Assembly: GCA_020348445.1 (NCBI GenBank)
Contig: CP070751.1
Coordinates: forward strand, 3,546,165 to 3,591,649
From: Thermoplasmata archaeon
GTDB taxonomy: Archaea > Thermoplasmatota > Thermoplasmata > GCA-020350865
Direction of reading: 5' to 3'
DNA: 45,485 nt
The first letter of the stretch is position 1. Each line of letters starts with the position of its first letter. A model generated the notes under the pieces. That model was not told where the DNA came from, searched no databases, and saw nothing but the letters and a program-made list of their open reading frames with translations. Position numbers and translations under genes: made by a program. Below are positions 1 through 7,251 of the stretch, piece after piece.

Positions 1-97
1 TTCAGCACAAAGAACAGGTTTAGGGCTATTGAGGCTTGGTTGAGAACGATCGTATGGAATATAACCATCTATCCGAGGTGATTTAATTACACAAAGC
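1..97 (+). mobile_element. Right end of a probable IS5-family (IS903-like) insertion sequence: transposase C-terminus (1..81) plus right inverted repeat (80..97)
   Basis: Frame 1 reads FSTKNRFRAIEAWLRTIVWNITIYPR* (TGA 79-81), resembling the C-terminal R..E..L..I.WN pattern of IS5/IS4-type DDE transposases. It is followed at once by GATTTAATTACACAAAGC, whose reverse complement GCTTTGTGTAATTAAATC resembles the IS903 terminal repeat GGCTTTGTTGAATAAATC. The left end is outside the window. Confidence 0.5.
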
Positions 98-432
98 AGA
101 GTTTTACCAAAAGTATATATCTGAATGAAGAGGAGAATTTGTCTGCTATAACCCATTAATAACAGATAATAGTCCTTTCCGCCCCAATTCTATCACGCAT
201 ATCTTAAGGCTACTCCCTTGAGAGGATAATAATTTTACTAATATTAAAATTTTCCTACAAGAATTCTTTTATACAAATTCCATCAGACCTTATTTATTAC
301 CAATCAATTAAATATCCATTGGATATTCATCAACCTGAGTAAGGGGTTAAATTTTTATACGTCTCATGATATATGAAGTCCTTGATATAATCCATATGAG
401 AATATTAGACGATTGACAATGGGGCTGAGGCA

Positions 433-2658
433 ATGAAAGATAAAGTATTGTTGATTTCTGCTTTGATGTTGGCGAGCCTGTTGATTATTGTTATACAACC
501 TGTTGAGGCTCCGCTTTCTGAAGATGACTACAACATGACAAAATATGATCCACAAGACGATGCCATGAGGCTAAGGCAAGGCAGTGCATTTAAATTCGAG
601 CCTTACAACAATGTTGAAATAACGAAGATAACCTCGACATACGATGATACAAATCCAGTAATCCCCAAAATCGAATTAAGCATGCAGGTTGCAGGTTCCA
701 TTGTTAGTTCCGATGATAAATATAAATATGCTTTCGGCGTATTAGCAGACGGAGAAGAATATATTATTGGTTACAGTGCTGGTGTGGGTGCAGGTTTTAA
801 ATTGGGTGGTGAAACATTTGTAGTGTCACCAACTGTAAGTGGCAACACCCTCAGAATAAAATTCCTTTTAAGTGATATTTCTGATGATGGGAGTCTTGAT
901 AATCAGTACGATTTCTCAGGAGCAGCAGTTTACACCCATGAAGATGAATACGAACGGTATCTGGACTTGGCTCCAGACAAGCTGCTTCTTATCACCGAAC
1001 CCTCGGATCAGTCCACTGTGGATGGTGAAATTTATGTGAGAGGAGTTGTAAGAAACAGCATAGATAACAAACCAGGGGGTAAAGTGAAGATAAAGATCGG
1101 TAACGGTCCTGAGGAGGATGTATCAGGTGGAACTTCATGGTCCTATCGATTGGATACCACAACCCTTGAACCGGGTGAAGAAACCAAAATAGAGGTGTAT
1201 ATGGACGGTGAAGATTTAGATAATGCCAAAGACGAAATCTGGATTTTGGCGGACCAAAACACTGGTAATTACGCCCAGATTACCAAAAAACCCGTGGTCA
1301 ACATTGGTGATCAATACCATTACAAGAGCGTTGGTCAGACGCAAATAATCGGCATACCAATAGAAATCTCCAATGAGATGTACACAAAGGTTGTGGGTTA
1401 TGAAACAGTTAATGTGGGCGGAACAGATTACGATGCCTATATAGTTCATACTCATACTGAAGGTTCACAGGATCTGGGGTACGTTGAGTATAGGAACAAT
1501 GTGGACAGGTGGTCTTGGAAGGAAGATACCAATTATGGAACTGTGCAGGAACGAACTATATCCACAGGTGAGGTAATAGGCAGCCCTGAAAAGACTGTAG
1601 ATACACTCACCACATATTCCCCAAAACCCCTGGAAACTCACGAGAATTTTGAGGCCAAGGTTGGTTGGAGTAATAAATGGACCTTGGACACTACAGCAAG
1701 TTCACAATCAAACACTACGGAAGGTAGTGGATCACCAACACAGAATCCGGATTACACTGATCAATTAAGTATTTCAGGCGAATGCCTCTTTTATCGGAGT
1801 AGTTTTACTGATAATGATATTTCAGGTTCTTATGACAATGTATATGCCATCAAAACCCAATATGAGAATCCTGGTGTATCTGTTATCGAATACTATTCAG
1901 AAGATCTAGGAGTGCCTGTTAAAATTGAAACCTACGATCCAAGCCGGAATAAGCTCTTCAGCCTGGGCTTGGATTCGTACACAAAGCCGCCTACCTCATT
2001 GGTGATAGAGGATGTGACATTCAGCCCTTCCACCCCCAAAGTCGAAACAGAGAACAAGATAATTGTTCACATCAAAAACATTGGCGAAGAAAGCGCAACT
2101 GATTATCAAATAACTGTTAATGATGGTGATACTGAAGTTGCAAAGGAAACTCTGCCCAATATCGAGGCAGGTGCCACTTTGGATTATGAGGCAAATTGGA
2201 ATCCAAGTTCAGAGGGTAGTCACAATATCACTGTGGTTATATCATATGACGGTACCAATGTCGCTTCAAAGGTTTTGAGTATCAATGTTGCTCCAAAATC
2301 TGAAGATGATCCGGAGATTATGATGTTCGTTGTACCTATTATCGTCGTCATTATAATCCTTGTCATATTGCTAGTGGTAATAATGAAGCGCAGGGGAGCA
2401 GGTGCTCCTGAGGGCAAGGCCAAAGAAGCTGAAGCACCAGCTGAAGAGGCTGCAGCGGCAGCTGCACCTGTGACTATAGCGACAGAGGAGGAGCCCGAAA
2501 AAACTCCTCCTGCTGAGACTGAACCTGAAGCTGAGCCCCAAATGATGACTGAATCAATACAGTGTCCGTCCTGCAAAAAGGGCTTTACAGTAAAATACGA
2601 AAGTAAACCCATTCGTGTAAAATGCCCTTCCTGCGGGACAGAAGGCGTTTTGAAATGA
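433..2658 (+). CDS. Single-pass cell-surface protein: signal peptide, beta-rich/Ig-like domains, CARDB domain, TM anchor, Ala/Glu/Pro linker, C-terminal zinc ribbon
   Basis: Hydrophobic N-terminus; CARDB-like segment (LVIEDVTFSP...VHIKNIG...WNPSSEGSHNITVVI); TM MMFVVPIIVVIIILVILLVVIM followed by KRRG; terminal CPSC-x17-CPSC; GAGG upstream of the ATG. Confidence 0.8.
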   Translation: MKDKVLLISALMLASLLIIVIQPVEAPLSEDDYNMTKYDPQDDAMRLRQGSAFKFEPYNNVEITKITSTYDDTNPVIPKIELSMQVAGSIVSSDDKYKYAFGVLADGEEYIIGYSAGVGAGFKLGGETFVVSPTVSGNTLRIKFLLSDISDDGSLDNQYDFSGAAVYTHEDEYERYLDLAPDKLLLITEPSDQSTVDGEIYVRGVVRNSIDNKPGGKVKIKIGNGPEEDVSGGTSWSYRLDTTTLEPGEETKIEVYMDGEDLDNAKDEIWILADQNTGNYAQITKKPVVNIGDQYHYKSVGQTQIIGIPIEISNEMYTKVVGYETVNVGGTDYDAYIVHTHTEGSQDLGYVEYRNNVDRWSWKEDTNYGTVQERTISTGEVIGSPEKTVDTLTTYSPKPLETHENFEAKVGWSNKWTLDTTASSQSNTTEGSGSPTQNPDYTDQLSISGECLFYRSSFTDNDISGSYDNVYAIKTQYENPGVSVIEYYSEDLGVPVKIETYDPSRNKLFSLGLDSYTKPPTSLVIEDVTFSPSTPKVETENKIIVHIKNIGEESATDYQITVNDGDTEVAKETLPNIEAGATLDYEANWNPSSEGSHNITVVISYDGTNVASKVLSINVAPKSEDDPEIMMFVVPIIVVIIILVILLVVIMKRRGAGAPEGKAKEAEAPAEEAAAAAAPVTIATEEEPEKTPPAETEPEAEPQMMTESIQCPSCKKGFTVKYESKPIRVKCPSCGTEGVLK

Positions 2659-2682
2659 GCAAAGACTTAAAAAAGGTAATCT

Positions 2683-4584
2683 TTAGTTTACTTCAATTAG
2701 ATATACTACAATAATCTCGGTTTCATAATATATACTGGTTTTGTCATTGTAGAGTTCATATTCAGTGATCCACATTTTTGCCTGGCTCATTATATACTCA
2801 GCTTCGTAATTTCCAATATTGACAATCATTCTGAATGGATAAGGTCTCTTTTCAATAAATATGAATGTATAGGTCGTCTGGGGTGTGTAATTGATAGGTG
2901 ATTCATACAAAAGATCATGAAGCTCAATGTGTATTCCCTTTGGCTCGATTAAGGTTCTTTCCCTATTTATAAGAAATATTTTTTCTGAATAAACAGTCGT
3001 GTCTTCCAATGGATAATTATCTGTTATTGATAACATCGCATCTATTGGGTCCTCATATCCAATGGGTGTCAAAGCAGGTGGGGATGTTGGGATAAAAAAG
3101 ACACCTGTTACCATGAGGATGACACAAGCCATCACCTTCAACCTGGTATTATTAGATAACCAAAAAATCCTATGTTTATCAAGGAAACTTGAGAATACAC
3201 CTGTGTTAATTAAATGGAATATCTCACTTAATCCTACGCCTATAAGCCAAGTTGCGCAGATAGCAAAAAATGGCATAACCCTGCTTAAAGGCAGTCTTGA
3301 TATGGTGAGATAGCCTGTACTCTCAATAAAACCCAAGAGAATGCATGAAGTACTCACAAAAATTATGGCAATTCGTCTGTTTTTATCCTTAATAAAATAA
3401 CAATATATAATGAACAGCATGGAAATAGAGATAATGGTCCATGTAGAAAAGGATGGAATGACAGAGCCTTTAAATTCTAGAAGATCCTGAACAACGGGAC
3501 CCCAATCGATGATATATAATTGAAATGTTTTACCGATAAAATAACTGCTGACAACAAAAATGAGAGCTCCCACAAGACAGATTACAAATATCGTACGAAT
3601 TCTTTTCTGGTAAATGATACCGATTGCTATCAGAATAAATAGAATATAGAGGGTCATCATGAGGGTATATGGATGTATCGCATACAATGTAAGAGCTGAA
3701 ATAAAAAATAACACGCTATTTTTATCGATGAATCCAAGAAATGAGCGGTGTTTTTGCGCCATTACCATTTCATACATGGAAAATATCGTTATAGGCATGA
3801 TCATTATCGCCAATACCTCTGGTATGGATTGGGTTTGTCGAACAATTAATACATTTATTTGCGGAATAACAATAAGACCGGAATAAAAAATAGCTGAAAT
3901 GCAGCCTGCCAATTTGTCCCTAATATTGGATATCAAGCAGTAAATGGAACCAATGGATATTATTCCCAGAAACCCTCCAAGAAATCTTAGAATTGAATAC
4001 ATATCCACCTGGGAGTAAAAATGAATAGTGGTTGCGACTGCATGAAAACCCCTTACCCCACCGTCATAATAACCTATTGAAGTGTGTAAAGTTCCTTTTG
4101 CAAGTAGTTTTGATACAAGCAGATGTCCATACGGATCTATGCTCGGTAGGAGCATGCTATTAAAAGAATAGGACAGCCTTGTATAGAATCCCAAAATAAA
4201 GGCCATGGTAAGTAAGATGAAAATAGGGGATTTTATTGTTGATATGATCTTTGGTTTTAATGCATTTATATCTGATTTTCTAATAGATGATATCCATCTA
4301 AGCGCTTCCCAATTAGATCTGTAGAAGTAATATACATTTATTGAAACGATTAATGCTAGATAACATAGTAAAAAAGTGTATGGATTATAGACGTTACCTA
4401 CTGCCAGTAAAATTACCAATGCAATGGAGCAGGATAAACCCAGAACCATGCTTATGTAGATTTTAATGATCCTCCCTTTTTCAGAAAATAGTCTGTGAGT
4501 TACATATAAAAAAGGCAATATAAAGAGTATTATGTAAGCAAAGGCAATGGTTGCCAATGATGTTATATCCTGGAATGTATCCAT
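2683..4584 (-). CDS. Polytopic membrane protein, possible GT-C-fold glycosyltransferase-like (AglB/STT3-distantly related)
   Basis: 633 aa with about 13-15 hydrophobic segments; a DPYGH motif in the first large loop (cf. D-P/x-Y-x-H of GT-C enzymes); short soluble C-terminal domain. The function is inferred. Confidence 0.55.
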   Translation of the reverse strand: MDTFQDITSLATIAFAYIILFILPFLYVTHRLFSEKGRIIKIYISMVLGLSCSIALVILLAVGNVYNPYTFLLCYLALIVSINVYYFYRSNWEALRWISSIRKSDINALKPKIISTIKSPIFILLTMAFILGFYTRLSYSFNSMLLPSIDPYGHLLVSKLLAKGTLHTSIGYYDGGVRGFHAVATTIHFYSQVDMYSILRFLGGFLGIISIGSIYCLISNIRDKLAGCISAIFYSGLIVIPQINVLIVRQTQSIPEVLAIMIMPITIFSMYEMVMAQKHRSFLGFIDKNSVLFFISALTLYAIHPYTLMMTLYILFILIAIGIIYQKRIRTIFVICLVGALIFVVSSYFIGKTFQLYIIDWGPVVQDLLEFKGSVIPSFSTWTIISISMLFIIYCYFIKDKNRRIAIIFVSTSCILLGFIESTGYLTISRLPLSRVMPFFAICATWLIGVGLSEIFHLINTGVFSSFLDKHRIFWLSNNTRLKVMACVILMVTGVFFIPTSPPALTPIGYEDPIDAMLSITDNYPLEDTTVYSEKIFLINRERTLIEPKGIHIELHDLLYESPINYTPQTTYTFIFIEKRPYPFRMIVNIGNYEAEYIMSQAKMWITEYELYNDKTSIYYETEIIVVYLIEVN

Positions 4585-4611
4585 GATTCCGACCGATCAT
4601 ACGGGATAGGT

Positions 4612-5310
4612 TTATGCCTTTTCTATGATGTCTTTCGTGGGAAGTTTAAATGTCTCTTCCTTTTCGTCCCACACCTCTCTAAAAACTTCGCGTTCGTAGC
4701 CGTACTTTTCAACTTTTATACAGTGCAGAGTAATGATTACCTCGTCTCCTTCTTCGAAATCATCAGTTAGGTCGCCTTTAAAGGTAATATCATAGTCTTC
4801 GTATTCATTCCAATAACTATCGTACCAATCGTCGATGTCTTCATTTTTATGTTCACTTTTAAACCAAAAGTAGGTAACGGTTTCCTCATACCAATCATCG
4901 TATTCTGATGCAATGTAAATAATTTCATCTTTTATTTTCAGTGTATCGCCAGGTTTGAGGGATTTATATCCCCATGTATCTTCTGTGTAAGTTATATCGT
5001 CCATAAGTTCTTTCGCAGTCATGGTTACTGTTTTTCCGTTCCCATTCCCGCCTAGCATCATCATCGCGAATACGGCGACAATTATCACTACAACTACAGC
5101 CACGACCACGCCGATTAGAAGGGGGCCTTTGGACGGTCCACCTGCAGGAGGTGGCATGGGTGTTGGTTGCATTGGCTGTTGCATTGGTTGTTGCTGCTGT
5201 GGAGGATACTGTTGGTAGGCTTGTTGTGGTTGCATTATGCTCTGTCCGCAGTTTGGACAGACATTAAATCCTTCTGCTACTTGGTTTCCGCAATTTTGAC
5301 AAAACGGCAT
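4612..5310 (-). CDS. Zinc-ribbon / Gln-Pro linker / single TM / acidic extracellular-domain protein, paralogue 1
   Basis: Start moved from the ORF-track 5562 to ATG 5310 (MPFCQNC), which follows GAGGG and matches the starts of the other paralogues; CxxC-x10-CxxC; TM LLIGVVVAVVVVIIVAVFAMMML. Confidence 0.85.
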   Translation of the reverse strand: MPFCQNCGNQVAEGFNVCPNCGQSIMQPQQAYQQYPPQQQQPMQQPMQPTPMPPPAGGPSKGPLLIGVVVAVVVVIIVAVFAMMMLGGNGNGKTVTMTAKELMDDITYTEDTWGYKSLKPGDTLKIKDEIIYIASEYDDWYEETVTYFWFKSEHKNEDIDDWYDSYWNEYEDYDITFKGDLTDDFEEGDEVIITLHCIKVEKYGYEREVFREVWDEKEETFKLPTKDIIEKA

Positions 5311-5342
5311 AATAAACCCTCTTTTTATGGTAATGGTTTTTA

Positions 5343-5359
5343 CATTTATATTATTTTCT
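5343..5359 (-). promoter_or_regulatory. BRE/TATA promoter of paralogue 1
   Basis: Minus strand AGAAAAT-AATATAAATG; ends 33 nt from the start codon, the same spacing as in the other two copies. Confidence 0.6.
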
Positions 5360-5458
5360 GAGTATTTGATATAATTATAGTGGTTCTGGTTTTTTTCCCA
5401 GGATTCCAAATAGACAAAAGAAAGAAAAAACACGATATATAGCCTGTATCTTGGATAT

Positions 5459-6148
5459 TCACGCCTTCTTAATGCATGTTCTAGGAAGGTTTTGTGGTGT
5501 TTCATTTTCTTTGTTCCACATCTCCTCGAAAAACTCCGAATCGTAGCCGTTCCATATGACATCTATGACATGCAGGGTGATGACAACGTCATCCCCCACC
5601 TTGAAATCATCGGTTAGATTGCCTTTAAATGTAAAATCATAGTTATGATAATAATATTTATCCTCGCGGGAACTATAGGCATACCAAAACTCAGTATCTT
5701 CACCTTCATGTTCGCTCTTAAACCAGATGCGGGTGGCGATCTCATAATCTGATTCGTCATATCCTGACGCAATGAATATTATTTCATCTTCTACTCTCAA
5801 TGTATCCCCAGGTTCGAGGGATATAAAATCGAGTATGTATTTTCCATTGTATGTTATATCATCCTCAAGTTCTGCATAAGTCATGGTTACATCATTTCCA
5901 TTTTCATTTATATCTAATTTTCCATTTCGACCTTGTAAAATCACTGCGAATACAGCGATTATTATCACAACTACAATAACCAGTACAAGGCCAATTATTA
6001 GGGGGCCTTTGGATGGCGTTTTTGAGGGTGGTTGCCGTTGTGGAGGATACTGCGGTTTTGCTCGAGGTTGAAAAAAGCCAATTCCACAGTATGGACAAAT
6101 TGACAATCCCTCAGTTATCTGGTTTCTACAATTCGGGCAAAACGGCGT
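5459..6148 (-). CDS. Zinc-ribbon single-TM protein, paralogue 2 (start codon mutated ATG to ACG; possibly an incipient pseudogene)
   Basis: Homology with paralogue 3 extends upstream of the ORF-track TTG 6106 to ACG CCG TTT TGC at 6148. An in-frame TGA lies four codons upstream, so no earlier start is possible. Confidence 0.7.
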   Translation of the reverse strand, partial: TPFCPNCRNQITEGLSICPYCGIGFFQPRAKPQYPPQRQPPSKTPSKGPLIIGLVLVIVVVIIIAVFAVILQGRNGKLDINENGNDVTMTYAELEDDITYNGKYILDFISLEPGDTLRVEDEIIFIASGYDESDYEIATRIWFKSEHEGEDTEFWYAYSSREDKYYYHNYDFTFKGNLTDDFKVGDDVVITLHVIDVIWNGYDSEFFEEMWNKENETPQNLPRTCIKKA

Positions 6149-6180
6149 ATCATTCCCTCATTTTACCCCACTGTTATCTT

Positions 6181-6197
6181 TATTTATATTATTTTCT
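6181..6197 (-). promoter_or_regulatory. BRE/TATA promoter of paralogue 2
   Basis: Minus strand AGAAAAT-AATATAAATA; 33 nt from the ACG at 6148. Confidence 0.6.
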
Positions 6198-6395
6198 GAA
6201 CTTTGGAGTTTATCATAACATTTCTTTCACTATTTCCAAAATTCCATTTATGTAAAAGAATAAAATAAATGGTATTTGATGCAAAGTGGTTTTATATTGG
6301 GATTTATCACAAGCTTAATGGAAAAAAAGGTCAAAGGCAATAATTGGGATAATCCTCATGACCATATCATAGGTTACAGCCTGTATTTTTGATAT

Positions 6396-7106
6396 TCACG
6401 CCTTCTTGATGCATGAGCTAGGGAGATTTTGAACTGTTTGAGCGTCTTCGTCCCACATCTCCTCGAAATATTCCCTTTCATAGCCGTACATATCAATTTT
6501 TATTACATGCAAAGTAACCACCACATCGTCTTCCACATCGAAATCATTAGTTAAGTTACCTTTGAAGGTAAAATCATAGTTATAGTAGTCATCCCAATAA
6601 TCATCATACCAATCATCGATGTCTTCACTTTTATGTGCGCTTTTAAACCATATATAGGTAACAGTTTCCTCATCCCATTCATCATATTCTGATGCAATGT
6701 AAACAATCTCATCTTCGATTTTCAGTGTATCACCAGGTTCAAGGGTTTTAAATTCTAATGTATTTTCTGAAGACTCTACATCCTCAATAAGTTCAGCAAA
6801 AGTCATGGTTATGGCAGATTCATCTCCGTTTCCATTTTCCTTTCCATTTTTGTCCCCGTTTCCATTATCTTTTCCATTTCCATCCCCGTCCAGCATAATC
6901 ACTGCAAATACAGCGATGATAATCACCACTACTACCGCCAATACTATACCGATTATTAACGGGCCTTTAGACGGTGCTTTCGAGGGTGGTTGCTGTTGCG
7001 GGGGATACTGCTGGGCGGCTTGTGGTTGTACAAAATCAATTCCACAGTATGGACAAATTGTCAATCCCTCACCTATCTGGTTTCTACAATTTGGGCAAAA
7101 CGGCAT
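6396..7106 (-). CDS. Zinc-ribbon single-TM protein, paralogue 3
   Basis: MPFCPNC...CPYC; QQYPPQQQPP linker; TM; GN/GD-rich spacer; C-terminal domain alignable to paralogues 1 and 2 (L.PGDTL.I.DEI.YIAS, WFKS.H, YD.TFKG.LT.DF, TLH.I, IKKA*). Confidence 0.85.
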   Translation of the reverse strand: MPFCPNCRNQIGEGLTICPYCGIDFVQPQAAQQYPPQQQPPSKAPSKGPLIIGIVLAVVVVIIIAVFAVIMLDGDGNGKDNGNGDKNGKENGNGDESAITMTFAELIEDVESSENTLEFKTLEPGDTLKIEDEIVYIASEYDEWDEETVTYIWFKSAHKSEDIDDWYDDYWDDYYNYDFTFKGNLTNDFDVEDDVVVTLHVIKIDMYGYEREYFEEMWDEDAQTVQNLPSSCIKKA

Positions 7107-7138
7107 ATTATTCCCTCATTTTGCCACAATGGTTTATG

Positions 7139-7155
7139 TATTTATATTGTTTTCT
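7139..7155 (-). promoter_or_regulatory. BRE/TATA promoter of paralogue 3
   Basis: Minus strand AGAAAAC-AATATAAATA; 33 nt from ATG 7106. Confidence 0.6.
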
Positions 7156-7251
7156 AAGTTTCAGCCCATCAAAATAGGGTTCTGGCAATAAATACAATAT
7201 CCATACATCAAAAGAACAAAATACACGATATGCCATATCATAAATGGTTCC

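Larger units (their letters stand above)
4612..7160 (-). repeat. Three-copy tandem gene duplication including promoter and downstream flanks
   Basis: Shared non-coding blocks: AGCCTGTAT(C/T)TT(G/T)GATATTCACGCCTTCTT at about 5441-5469 and 6377-6406, and an identically spaced TATA/BRE block upstream of all three genes. Confidence 0.85.

Noticed and set aside
5311-5562. N-terminal extension of paralogue 1 given by the ORF track
   Set aside because: It overlaps paralogue 2 and crosses the conserved promoter; the homologous start is ATG 5310.
4612-7106. Diversity-generating retroelement (TR/VR) explanation for the three similar genes
   Set aside because: Differences between copies involve all four bases and many synonymous sites, not only adenines, and no reverse transcriptase is in the window.
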